64,000 nt of DNA. Origin: Anaeramoeba ignava BMAN. Its lineage: Eukaryota > Protista > Anaeramoebae. Location: contig JAPDFW010000138.1 in the NCBI GenBank assembly GCA_028826165.1, positions 58,218 through 122,217 on the forward strand, written 5' to 3'. Positions 1 through 14,200 of this stretch are shown here, piece by piece. A program made the translations under genes and the position numbers. A model generated the notes under the pieces. It searched no databases, was not told the DNA's origin, and saw nothing but the letters and a program-made list of their open reading frames with translations. Positions within the stretch are counted from its first letter, which is position 1. Each line of letters begins with the position of its first letter.

Positions 1-2463
1 AAAACAAAAGACAAAAATGAACCCCAAAAGAATCAAGAAGAATCAATTCAATTATTAAACCAAAACGATGATGATTTCTTTAGAAATATGGACTTAGTTG
101 ATGAAAGTATTTTCCAAGATCGAAAAAGAAAAAATACAAAATCAACTAAAAAACAAAAAGAAAAACAGAAAGAAAACCAAAAAGGAGAAAATAAAGAGAA
201 AGAAAAAAGAGAAATTAAAGAAATGGAAATTGATGAAATTGTGGATGATTCACTTGATGCAATTTTTCAATCAGAAATACTCAATTTTCAAGTGAACAAA
301 GAAAACGTCAATTTAAAACAAACAAGAATCAAAGTGTTGAAAAAAAACAAAGAATTGCCTCAAATTTTACTTGTTAAACAAGGAATCTGCGCAATTTATG
401 TGAATGATTTTGATTTTGCAAAAGAATTATTTATTGAGTCTCAAATATTTGATTTGCCATTAAATCCAATTGTGATTTCTTTATTAACCAATATATCAAG
501 AGCTTATGTTGAAACTGGTGAATTTGAAAAAGCTTTACCAATTCTTGATTTACTCAAAGAAAACTCAAATCAAAATAAACCTTTTCCTTCTAAAGAAATG
601 GAAAAAAAATTCATGAATAGAGATTTAATGATTGAATCACAATTTGATCCTCAAATAAATGAATTGGAAGTGCTTTTTTTGAATGGAATTTGTTTTAAAC
701 AAATGCATAATTTTGATTCTGCTATTGAAAAATTAGAACAAGTTGTTAGTTTATCCAAAAATATTAAAAATACTTTGGAAAAATACATTCCAACTCCAAA
801 AAAAAGAAGAAAGAAAAGAGAAATGGAAATTGAAAATGAAAATCAAAATCAAATTGAAATTGAAAATGAAAATCAAAATGAAAATCAAATTGAAAATGAA
901 AATCAAAATCAAAATCAAAATCAAAATCAAAATCAAAATGAAAATAATTTAATTCAACAAATTTTAGAAACAAATCTTGAAAATGATGAAAATCATAATC
1001 AACGTTTAATAGATCAAAATGAAGATTTTTCAACAACAAAATTAAAATCTTCTTTGAAATTAAATTATGATGCTCTTAATTCTCTTCTTGAAATATCTCA
1101 AGAACTTGAAAAAAATGAAAATATATCATTATTTAATCAAAAAATTGAAGAAATTAAAACAAAATATTCAAATTTTATTGGAATTAAAACAGAAAAAATT
1201 AAGAAAGAAAAAAAAATTGTTACTAATCGTTTTGAAAGACAGAAAGTTGATGAAATTTGGATCGAATTAGAATATTCATTTCAAAATAAAGAAACTGGAG
1301 AAATTGAGGAAAAAAAACAAACTATCAACTCAAAAACTTTTATAAACAAAACAAATGATCATTTCCAAAAGAAAAAAATCAACAAATTACTTTCTTATGG
1401 TTATCCTGTTGTTCTTGATTGTTTAAAAACTGAAGTGAAACTAACAAAAAAGAAAGTATGAAAAAAAAAACAAAGAAACAAAAAAATAAATTGATTTATA
1501 AATTTTGTTTCTCATTTTGAATTAATAAATCTGCTTTTTTTGTTTTAATAGCAAAAAAATAGTCCATCTTTACCAAAAATTCAAGAATCATTTTATCAAA
1601 TTGAAAAATATCCCAAAATCAAATATTTCGAAGTTGGAAATTATCAAAATGAATTAAATAGTTTATATGATTCATTAAACGATTTAGAATTTTATGAAAT
1701 TGTAGCAATGATTGTCAGAAGTCTGCTTTATATTAATGAACCAGAAAAGGCAGCAACATTAACAAATCTATTTGAAATTTGTTTGGGAAAATTTACTTAT
1801 GAAGTGAAATATCAAGTCGCATTTTTAACATCACAAGTTGCATTTGCAAATCAAAAATATCATCTTGTTTTGAATCTTCTCAGACGATTGATTACTAATC
1901 ATTGGAATACAAATCACTTGTGGAATTTATTCTCTCAAAGCGGACATTTTGTTTCTGATGAAATTGAATACAAAAAAATCAAAAATTTAATTTCCAAAAA
2001 TTTGGATAATTTCCCATTGATTATTTTATCAGGTCATAATGCATTGAGAACAGGATCATTTGCTTTGGCAATTAAACAGTATTATATTGCACTAATGAAG
2101 GAACCAAATGATCCTTTACTTTTGCTTTGTTTGGGTACTTCATATTTGCAGTTAATGATGTCAAAACAATGTCCTTCAAGACATCAAACTTGTTTAAAAG
2201 GATTTGCGTTTCTTTCCAAATATTATCACCAAAGAAAACAAAGAAATCATCAAGAAGCTTGTTTTAATCTTGCAAGAGCTTTCCATCGTTTGAAAATTTA
2301 TGACCATGCTGTTTTTTGGTATAAAAAAGCTTTGAATTTCCCAAGAAAAAATGATGGTCTTGATTTGCATTATGGGATTGCTTGGAATTTATCATTGATT
2401 TATTTGGATTCTGGAAATAAAACACTTGCTTCTTATATGATTAGAACTTATTGTTATATTTAA
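1..2463 (+). CDS. GTF3C3: TFIIIC TPR subunit (GTF3C3/Tfc4), 5'-truncated by the window edge; phase-0 intron 1456-1551
   Basis: Frame is open from base 1. The GTATGA..TAG intron joins ORF 88-1461 in frame to ORF 1708-2463. The C-terminus (ALAIKQYYIAL..PNDPLLLLCLG..QEACFNLARAFHRL..IAWNLSLIYLDSGN..IRTYCYI*) is the typical Tfc4/GTF3C3 ending. Confidence 0.88.
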
Positions 2464-2515
2464 ATTTTAAAATATTATTTTTTACTTTAATTTCCCAAAT
2501 AAATTCTTTTTTTGT

Positions 2516-5500
2516 TTAAATTTCTTTTCTTATTTTTTCAAAATTTAAATTATCAAAGTTTCCTGTAAATTTTTCCATATTTGTAAATAATTTTTCAACA
2601 CTTTGAAGACAAGGAAAATAACAAGAAATATAATTTGATGGTAATCTTTCTTCTTGAAAATCAAAAGGATCAAAATGAATTTCAGGAATTTTCTCTTTGT
2701 AAATAATATTGTGTTGAATCAAATCTTTTAATAATTTTTTAGTTTGTGTTTGATAGAAAATCACCATTTTGCTTTGTATTTGTTGAAAAGAAATTCCTGG
2801 ATTTTGATTTATAGTCAATGTTAAATGGAAATAAATATAATCAAGTATTTTTTGATTTTGTTCCAAATTTGTTTCATCTGAAGTAAGTACAAATTTCTTA
2901 AAACAATCTGGTAAAATTTTTGATGAATTGTTTGATATCTGAATTTGAATATCTTCAATAAATTTGGTCAAAATGAAAAAATCAAGAAATTTTGTAATAA
3001 TTTTAAATGAAATTAAAAGTGAAATGTAATCTTTGAAATTGAATTCAAAATCCGAAAAGGAAATTTTTGAGTTTCTTGTTAGTAATTTAGTTCTAAAATG
3101 GTTAAAGTTGAATATTAATTGTTTTTTTATAATTCCATCTTTTGCTTTTGATATAATTGAATATAATTTTTGGATTTCAAGAATAAATATATTTAAATTT
3201 TTAATATTATTTCTAATAGAATTGATTAGTTCTTTGAGATCTTTATATTTAATTTCATTTTCAATTTTATTTTCAATTTGATTTTCATTTTTAATTTCAT
3301 TTTCATTTTCAATTTCATTTTCAATTTCATTTTGATTTTGATTTTCATTTTCAATTTTATTTTCAATTTTATTTTCAATTTTATTTTCAATTTGATTTTC
3401 ATTTTCAATTTGATTTTCATTTTCATTTTCATTTTCAATTTGATTTTCAATTTGATTTTCAATTTTATTTTCAATTTTATTTTCAATTTTATTTTCAATT
3501 TTATTTTCATTTTTATTTTCATTTTCAATTTCATTTTCAATTTTATTTTTAATTTGATTTTGATTTTGATTTTCAATTTTAATTTCATTTTCATTTTGAT
3601 TTTGATTTTGATTTTTAATTTTAATTTCATTTTCAATTTTAATTTCATTTTCAATTTGATTTTCATTTTCATTTTGATTTTCAATTTTATTTTCAATTTT
3701 AATTTCATTTTCAATTTTAATTTCATTTTCAATTTTATTTTCAATTTTATTTTCAATTTGATTTTGAATTTGATTTTGAATTTGATTTTGATTTTGATTT
3801 GATATTTTCTTTTTATTAATTCGAGGTCTTTTAATTTCTTGAAGATAATTAATTTCTTCATCATTTTCGTTTGAAAAAACAATTGTTTCAATTAAATCTA
3901 TAGAAGAAATAATCTCCTTAAAATTTTGAGAATGTTTTCCAAAATGATTATTTTCATTTTCATTTTCTTCAATTTTTTCTATTGAATTATCAAATTGGTT
4001 TTTTGAAAAGTTTTCTAATTGAGGAAAAATTAAATCAATATTAGCTAATTCTTGAGAAAATAATCCCAAAATAACAAAAAGGGTTTGAGATGATAAATAT
4101 AATTGAGAAGAATTTGAATTTGTTTTTGAATGATAAATGATTGATTTTTCATTTTGATTTTTGTTTTTGTTTTTCATTTGAAATTTCTTATATTCATCAA
4201 TAATACCAGAAACTAATTTGATTGGAAAAGAATGTAAAGATAATTTTTGAGTAACCCAACTAATTAATTAAATTAAATGAAAAAATTAAATTAAATTAAA
4301 TCAAATTAAATCAAATTAAATTAAATTAAATTAAATTAAATTAAATCAAATTAAATAAAATTAAATTAAATTAAATTAAATTAAATTAAATTAAATTAAA
4401 TCAAATTAAATTAAATGAAATCAAATTAAATTAAATCAAATTAAATCAAATTAAATTAAATCAAATTAAATTAAATTAAATGAAAAAATTAAATTAAATT
4501 AAATTATTCTTACGATCGAAAACGATTTTTCTTTAAAATTGTGTTAATTGGTGAAGTTAGAAATTTTTCTTTTAATAGAAATCTAACACATTTATTAATT
4601 TCTCGATAACCAAATATTGATAATTTTTCAGCAATATAATTTGGATCAAATTCAGAAATTGGAGTTAAAAGAGTCATAATTAATAGTTGAAAAATTACAT
4701 GATAATTCAAATGATTTGCAAAATTGTTTTCTTCACAAAAATCATAAATTAATTTCTCAAGTGATTTTGATGTGTTGATATTGAATTCAAATAAATCTGT
4801 AATAGAAACAATATTTGATTTTGATGAATTAGATAGAAATTCTTCCGAAATTGGACTGAATAATTGAATTTCTGAACCTTCAATTTCTGCAATAATATTC
4901 AAAATATCAATTTTTGTTTTGTTTCTCATTTCAGTTAAAATCATTCCTAGAAAATCAAGGAATTGTCGATCCTTCCTTTTAGCTCGTAAAAATTTCAATA
5001 ATCTTGTTCTTTCAATTGTAGATGGAAATAATATTTCCCAATTAATTTTTGAAATAACATTTGTATTTGGAATAACTCTTGAAAGAAACAAAATTAATCC
5101 ACTCAAAAGTATCTTTTGATTTTGAGTAAAATGTTCATCAGAAAGAATATATTTTGTAATTGGATTTTCTGTTGATTCAATTCTTTTTTGTATTATTTTT
5201 TGGATATTTTCTTTTGGATATGAACTTAGAAGTTGATGGATATGTTTTCTGAAAGAAATTTTTTTTTTTTTTGGAGAAGATTTTTTTGAACTTGATTTTT
5301 TCATCATTTTTTCATTTCTTTTAATTTGTTTTAATTCTTGGTTTTGTTCTTTGCGAATTTTATCGCCATGTTTAATAATTCTTTTCAAGTTTCTTTTCAT
5401 TAATAAATCAGAATTTGCATCAATATCGATAATTGGAAAATAATATCTGAGTAATTTTTTAGGGAAAATTGATAAATTTGAATATAATCCAAGTTTATGA

Positions 5501-8500
5501 TAATCATTGATATCAATTTGATTAAATAAATTATCTTCATTAGTAGGATCTTGTAGAAAATTTGGGAAAAAATCATTAGGATTTAAATTCATAAAATTTG
5601 TATTGAAATTGAAGTTCATATCCAAATCTACATCCATATTCATATCTATGTCTAAATCTAAAAGATTTAGATTTTCAAAGTATTCATCATTTTTAATATT
5701 TATAATTTCATTTTGATTTTGATTTTGATTTTGATTTTGATTTTGATTTTGATTTTGATTTTGATTTTGATTTTGATTTTGATTTTCATTTTCAATTTCA
5801 TTTTCATTTTCAATTTCATTTTCATTTTCATTTTCAATTTCATTTTCATTTTCATTTCGATAAGAACTTCTTCTTGTTCTAGATCTTTGTTTTTTTTTAC
5901 AAATATTCTGAAATAAAAACAATTTTTTTTTATTCTGATCCTGTATTTGCATTAATTTTTCAATATTTGATAAGACTTTCTTCTCAATATATAACTTCAA
6001 ACGATAAAAAGGAAAATGATAACTATAAGCAATTTTCCATATATTTTTCATTGTTTTTTGTGATTTAAATGAATCCAAATCTTTGATATCCTTGTAAATG
6101 GGTTTTGCTCTAATTTTCATTGATGTTGATAATTTTCTTCGATTTCTCCATTCTTTTAATTTTGTAATTGATTTTGGTAATAATGCTTTTTGGAATTGTT
6201 TTTTCAATAAATCTCTTTGTTCCATACAATTTTCAAATAATTCCATCCAAAAAAATTTGGCATTGTTTTTGCTATTTTTGAAATCAAAATCTTGGAAAAC
6301 CCAAGGATAACAATTTTTTTTTAGTTTTGCAAATATTTGGATCTTGTGCTCTTGTGAATTTATCTTTAATAGCCCAAGTCTTGTTAATATTTGTAGGCAT
6401 TCTTGAATTCTAGTAAACGGTTGTTTTAGAAGGAATTCTGTTTTTAAAGGCTCTTCTAAATCACAAATTTTGGTTTCTGAGTGTGTATGATCAAATAAAA
6501 ATGTTAAAGGAAAACCCATTTTTTTGTTGATTCCATTAATTTTCAAGAAAAGGAAAGCTGGAAATTCTTCAATTATTGATATCAAATTAATTGGTTCGCT
6601 TAATTCTTCAATATTTTCATTTGATTTAATGATGAATGTGTCAATTAAATAAAGATGAAATGTTTTTATTCTTTTAAATAATTCCATTATTAATCCATTT
6701 GCTTCTGCAATTTTATTGTGATTTTTTATGGGTGTTTTCTTTTGATGTTTTTTCTCTTGAGAAATGTTTATTATTTGAGAAGCATCGACATCTGGATGAG
6801 CTACATATTTTGTTGGTGCTTTTGAGTTTTCATTTCCCAATAAAATTTTGCATTTCCCAATTGCTTGAAGATGAGAAATAATTTTAAGAAGTGAATTTTT
6901 ATCAATCAATCCATTTTTTTTGCCTTCAAAATTACTGATTGATCTAGCGAGGTTTATGAATGTTATTATTTTTTTTTCTTCAATAATCTCCATAATTTTG
7001 TTAATTCTTCGAATAGTTGTTAAGGTAACTATTGTTGGTCGATTTGTGGTTTTGTGATTTGATATTTGAGAATTTTTTATATTTTGCATTAAAAATGGTT
7101 GAATTGCGGATCTTAAAGTTAAATTTCCATGATCTTTTTTCTTTTTTTGATTTTCATTTTCATTTTGATTTTGATTTTGATTTTCATTTTCATTTTCAAT
7201 TTTATTTTCATTTTCAATATCTTCATTTTGATTTTCGTTATTTTCAATTTCATTTTCATTTTCATTTTCATTTTTTTCAATTTTATTTTCAATTTTATTT
7301 TCATTTTCATTTTCATTTTCATTTTCATTTTCATTTTCATTTTCTTTATCTTCATTAGATTGAAAAATTTTACTTTGTTCAATTTGATTGTCAATATCTT
7401 CTTTAGAAAAATTTATATTAGCAATTGCTTTATAAGATAAAGTTTTATGTTTTAAAACAGGAACTAATTGAATCATATTACGTAAATGAAGATATTTAAG
7501 TATTTTTGAAACACGTTTAACAGAAATTTTATATTTTAATGAAATTTGCTATTAAATATTAAAAATAAAAATAAATGAATTGAAAATTTTTTTTTTAAAT
7601 TTAAATAAAAATACTTCAGATGAAACTCCTTCAGTTCCAGAAGTACAAATTAACCGAAATAATTGAATATTAACAGGAGAATCAAAAATTGGAAACATTT
7701 GGAAAGATTGTAATGATGATTCAAGTTTATCTTTTTTTACATTTACTTAATTAAAATTAAAATTAATTTTTAAAATGAATAAATTTTTAAAATTTGAAAA
7801 AAAAATAATACTATAATTTTTGTTTCGAAATTCAATTGGAATATTTGCTTTTGGATTAAATTTAATGATTTCTTTTGTTGATTTTCCATTTTTAATGAGT
7901 TTATTTGATAAAGTGATGATATTTAAATTTTGTAATTTTTCAATTATTTTTGAAAAAGAATTTCGAATTCCTTTTTTATTTTCAAACTAATAAATATTTT
8001 GTTTTTTCATTTTGAATTTAAATTTGAATTTAAATTTGAATAATAAAAATTGATTAAAAATACAAGTAATTTTTTCAATTTTAAAACAGAAATTGAATAA
8101 TTTTCATCTAATCTTGTTTTCTTTTTTAAAAATTGTATAATTTTCTGACGCAAATAATTCTTTCCAAAAATAAAATACGCACTATAAAAAAAATGATTTA
8201 ATTTTGAGTAAAAAATATTTTTAAATGAAAAAAAATCATTTTATTTTTTACTTTTGAGAAAATTTTGATAATCTTTCATTAATTGTTTTCAAAGTAACTT
8301 TTCCTGTAAATTTTGAATGATAAACTAATCCCATTCCATTTTGATTATATATTTCTTTTGAAGATTTAATTAGAACAATAATTTTCGAACTTGAAAATTT
8401 TTTTTTATTAGAATAAAAATTAATTTTAAATTTTTTCTTTTTTCTTTTTTTCTTTTTTCTTGGGAAAAAAAGTACATTAATCTTAATTTATGTAATTTTT

Positions 8501-11075
8501 TAAGATGATAAGAACAATTTTTTGGTGTAATTTTAAATTGTTTTTGAATTTCATAAACTAAAATTCCAGAATTTCTTGTTGAAGCAATTAATTCTAAAAT
8601 TTGATTTTGTAAAGGATTTATAGAACTGTTTGACTAAATTATAAAATAAAATATTAAATTATTTATAAAATTATTTATAAAATTATTTATAAAATTAAAT
8701 ATAAAATTAATTATAAAATTAATTATAAAATTATTTATAAAATTATTTATTAAATTATTTATAAAATTAATTATAAAATTAATTATAAAATTATTTATAA
8801 AATTATTTATAAAATTATTTATAAAATTATTTATAAAATTATTTATAAAATTATTTATAAAATTATATATTAAATTATTTATAAAATTATTTATAAAATT
8901 AAATATAAAATTAATTATAAAATTAAATATAAAATTATTTATAAAATTATTAATAAAATTATTTATAAAATTATATATAAAATTATATATTAAATTATTT
9001 ATAAAATTATTTATAAAATTATTTATAAAATTATATATAAAATTATATATAAAATTAAATATAAAATTACTTATAAAATTACTTATAAAATTAAATATAA
9101 AATTATTTATAAAATTATTTATAAAATTATTTATAAAATTATTTATAAAATTATTTATAAAAATTAAATATAAAATTAAATATAAAATTATTTATAAAAT
9201 TATTTATAAAATTATTTATAAAATTATTTATAAAATTAATTATAAAATTATTTATTAAATTAATTATAAAATTATAAAATTATTTATAAAATTAATTATA
9301 AAATTATATATTAAATTAATTATAAAATTAATTATAAAATTATATATTAAATTAATTATAAAATTAATTATAAAATTATTTACAAAATTAAATATAAAAT
9401 TATTTATAAAAATTATTTATAAAATTATTTATAAAATTAAATATAAAATTATTTATAAAATTAATTATAAAATTATTTATAAAATTAAATATAAAATTAT
9501 TTATAAAATTATTTATAAAATTATTTATAAAATTATTTATAAAATTATTTATAAAATTAAATATAAAATTAAATATATAATTAATTATAAAATTATTTAT
9601 AAAATTATTTATAAAATTATTTATAAAATTATATATAAAATTATTTATAAAATTATTTATAAAATTAATTATAAAATTATTTATAAAATTATTTATAAAA
9701 TTATTTATAAAATTATTTATAAAATTAAATATAAAATTAAATATAAAATTAAATATAAAATTAATTATAAAATTAATTATAAAATTAAATATAAAATTAT
9801 TTATAAAATTAATTATAAAATTATTTATAAAATTATTTATAAAATTAATTATAAAATTATTTATAAAATTATTTATAAAATTATTTATAAAATTATTTAT
9901 AAAATTATTTATAAAATTATTTATAAAATTAATTATAAAATTATTTATTAAATTTATATATAAAATTATTTATAAAATTAAATATAAAATTATTTATAAA
10001 ATTATTTATAAAATTATTTATAAAATTATTTATAAAATTATTTATAAAATTATTTATAAAATTATTTATAAAATTATTTATAAAATTATTTATAAAATTA
10101 TTTATAAAATTAAATATAAAATTATTTATAAAATTATCTATAAAATTATTTATAAAATTATTTATAAAATTATTTATAAAATTATTTATAAAATTATTTT
10201 ATAAAATTATTTATTAAATTATTTATAAAATTATTTATAAAATTATTTATAAAATTATTTATAAAATTATTTATAAAATTATTTATAAAATTATTTATAA
10301 AATTATTTTATAAAATTATTTATTAAATTATTTATAAAATTAAATATAAAATTAAATATTAAATTATTTATAAAATTAAATATAAAAATTAAATATAAAA
10401 TTAAATATAAAATTAATTATAAAATTATTTATAAAATTATTTATAAAAATATTTATAAAATTATTTATAAAATTATTTATAAAAATATTTATAAAATTAT
10501 TTATAAAATTATTTATAAAATTATTTATAAAATTATTTATAAAATTATTTATAAAATTATTTATAAAATTATTTATAAAATTATTTATAAAATTATTTAT
10601 TAAATTATTTATAAAATTATTTATAAAATTATTTATAAAATTATTTATAAAATTATTTATTAAATTATTTATAAAATTATTTATAAAATTATTTATAAAA
10701 TTATTTATAAAATTGTACTTCTTGTGTGTTTAATAATCTTTTTCTAATTTCTTCAGTTGTCGTTACAGTTATATTCTCAATCTCTTTTGAATATTTCATA
10801 TTTTTCTAAATAAATAAAAGTTGATTTTTTTAAATTAAAAAAATAAGAAATTTTCTTTTTCAAATTTCTTATTCTAATTTGATTTTTTGTTTTACAATTA
10901 ATGATTTTGAATTATTTTTTAATTCAAAATTTTTATTTTTTGAAATTTTTTTATAAATTTGAAATTTAAATAATTTTGAAGAAATTTTAAATGATTGAAA
11001 GATTTTTTGAAAAGAACAACCAGAAGAACCTTCTAAAGAAACAAAATGAATTAATTTCAAAAGTAAATCATCCAT
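2516..11075 (-). CDS. GTF3C1: TFIIIC B-box-binding subunit (GTF3C1/Tfc3), about 9 exons
   Basis: N-terminus MDDLLLKLIHFVSLEGSSGC resembles the GTF3C1 'EVALEGLDG' start. An exon near 8475-8634 encodes QNQILELIASTRNSGILVYEIQKQFKITPKNCSYHLKKL (B-block winged helix). The large exon has TTIRRINKIMEI and DKNSLLKII; the C-terminus has INQNPGIS. All introns seen are GT-AG. Confidence 0.8.
4262..4505. repeat. (AAATT)n/(AAATC)n pentamer satellite filling a GTF3C1 intron
   Basis: Tandem pentamers lie between the GT and AG on the minus strand. Confidence 0.9.
8640..10713. repeat. About 2.07 kb 12-mer satellite (ATAAAATTATTT)n filling GTF3C1 intron 2
   Basis: Period-12 repeat, nearly pure A/T, bounded by GTACAA and TTTAG on the minus strand. 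Confidence 0.95.
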
Positions 11076-11249
11076 AAAAAGAAAAGAAAAAAAGAATAAA
11101 AATGAAAAAATAAAAAGCGAAAAAAAAAATATTTTTAATAATTTTTTCTCCTTTTTTATTTCATTTTTTCTTTTTTTATTTTAAAAATTTATTAATTAAA
11201 TTCGTTATTTTAAAAATTTTTTTTTTTTCTCAATTTAAATAAATATTAA
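11076..11249. promoter_or_regulatory. Compact divergent promoter between GTF3C1 and RasGEF
   Basis: 174 bp between head-to-head ATGs; TCATTTT on both strands plus TCTCCTTTT. Confidence 0.55.
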
Positions 11250-14200
11250 ATGGCAAATAATCCAATTAATGCAACAAAATTTCTTGAAAATATACAAAAG
11301 GGAAGAAAACCAATACTTCAAATTAATAAAATAAAAAAACCTCAAAGAACTCAATCAATGGGAAAATTTCCTCAAATAAAATCACCAAAAAAACCTCAAT
11401 TACAAAGACAATCATTTGGGAATCCACAAAAAACACCATCTCCAAATCAAAATCCAAATCCAAATAAAAATCAAAATCAAAAATTAGAAGAAAAATCAAA
11501 TGAATCAAAAAATTCCAATTATAATCAATTAACGTCAAATCAAAATGAACAAAATTCAAGTCCGCAAAATTCACGTTTTTCCAAACCAAAATCCCCACAA
11601 AGACCAAGAAATAATCCATTAAAGTTTCCGTCGCAAAATTCTCACACTTCAAAACAAAATGAAAATCCAATTCCTGAATCAACACAAAGAACTGTTAGAT
11701 CACGAACAATTTTTTCTTCTCAGCCAAGAATAAATTTTCCAAAAGTTTCTCCTCCAAGAACCAATTTCAATAATTCTCAAGAGATTAGCACAAACACATC
11801 ACAAGAATCAAAATCAATTTCGCCAATTAAATTTCCGACCAAAAAATCACCAATTTCTTTTCCAAAAAAAATCAGTCCACAAAATCCGAAAGAGAAATCT
11901 CCGATAAATGAAACTAAGTCGCCAAATACTAATAATAATGCTCCTAAATTCACAAATACTAAATTCCCTCCAAGAGTAAGAGGTCGATTTCCTATTCAAA
12001 AATCAAATACTGAAAACAGTCTATCACCAACAACACAAAAATTTCCAAAAATTTCTCCATCAAAACAAATTGGAAATGATAATAATGTAGTAAAAGAACA
12101 ACCACAAAAACATCCACCACAAAAATCACAGAGTTATTCACCTTTAACATCTGGAAATTCAAATATTCAAGAAAGAAATATTGGAAATAATCAAGAAACA
12201 ATATCAAGAATGAATAAAAATCCAATTACTCAAAAATCTTCTAATATTTCTATTCAAAATAGAAGAAGTCCAAATTTAAATAAGAATTCAATTAATTCAC
12301 CAAAAGAAACAAGTTCTAATATTGTAATATTTTATAAATTAAAATTAAAATTAAAATTAAAATTCATTTAAAAATTAAAATAAATTTATTAGCAATTTCC
12401 TAAAAAACAAGAAAATATTCCTCAAAATGATCCAAAAATTATAAAAAAATCACCTCCAAAAACAATAGAAATTGATACTCAAAAAAATATTCAAAATTCA
12501 CAAACAAAATCACCATCTCCAAGAGGAAATATACGTAGACCATCTTTAAAACCAAAAGCTCCATTTAGAAAACCAAGAATGCCTCAAAGTCCAAGATCAT
12601 TTTCTCAATCACAATTTGGACTTTCAAAAGAAATATCAAATATAAAAACACCAAATCCATTTGAAAATCAAAACCAAAATCAAAATCAAAATCAAAATCA
12701 AAATCAAAATATTGGAAATGAAGAAATAAAAAAAGAAACAAAAGAAATGGATGAACAAAATCAAAATCAAAATCAAAATTTAAATCAAAATCAAAATATA
12801 AATATAAATATTGAAAATGAAAATAATCAAAATCAATTCCAAGATGATAAACTATTTCAAAAACTTAAAACTTCAATTTCAAAAACAGAAGATACAAATT
12901 TATTATCAAATCAAAATCAAAATCAAAATCAATTAAAATTAGGAAAAGTATCAACTATTAATAAATTTAATCAAGCAAAAGCAAAATTAAATGATATTCA
13001 AAAGAATTTATTGCATGGATATAAACAAAAACAACAAGAAGATAAAATTGAGGAAGAAAATAATAAAATTGAGGAAGAAAATAATAAAATTCAAGAAGAA
13101 AATAAAATTCAAGAAAAAAATAAAATTCAAGAAAATAATAAAATTGAGGAAGAAAATAATAAAATTGAGGAAGAAAATAATAAAATTGAAGAAGAAAATA
13201 ATAAAATTCAAGAAAATAAAATTCAAGAAGAAAATAATAAAATTGAAGAAGAAAATAATAAAATTCAAGAAAATAAAATTCAAGAAAATAAAATTCAAGA
13301 AAATAAAATTCAAGAAGAAGATAAAAATCAAATTGAAACTCATTTAATCAAAGAATATCGAAAATCTTTTCCAAAAAGAAAAAATTTGGAAAAAATTTTT
13401 GGAACTTCAGTTACAACTATTCCTTCATTAAATCCAAATATCCACAAAACAGAACCAAAATATCCACTTCAACAAATTATTGTTTCTGAAGGAACAAATT
13501 TAAAACAAAATATTGAAACAAAAAAACGAAAATCAAGTGATATTTACACTCAAAAAGATTATGAAGATGGAATTGATAAAGAACTAGAAATTCCAGAACA
13601 TGAATGGATTTCATTAATTATGAAAAAAAATCCTGATATTTTAATGTTAAGAGAAAAATTACGTCCATTAACAAAAGATCAAACGTAATTTCTTTTAAAA
13701 TATATTATATTATATTATATTTTATTTAAAAACTAAATATTATTTCCAAAAAAAATTTCGAAAATATTTAAATTATTTTTTTTTCTTAATATTTTTAATT
13801 TAGATTTGGAAAACTTTATGAAATTTCTTATACTGAAGCTAATGAATCACTTTCTCGAGCAAATTTACTTCGATTAATTATGCATTTCTTATCATTTAAA
13901 GGTTTAAAGAAAACTATTGAATCTCTTGAATTCGAAAGTCAAATTCCTTTTGAATTACATTATGAAAAGGAAAATAAATTGAAAACACTGATTTGTTTCG
14001 CTTTAAAATCCGAACAAAATTTATGGAATAAAAAATATATTACTGAATTCAATGAAAATGTTGAAGACAAAGAAATTTTAATTAGTGAAAATACGATGAA
14101 TTTCGAGTAAAATTTTAATTTTAATTTTAATTTTAATATTAATTTTAATTTTAATATTAAATTTTAATTTTAATTTTAATTTAAATTTTAATTTTAATTT

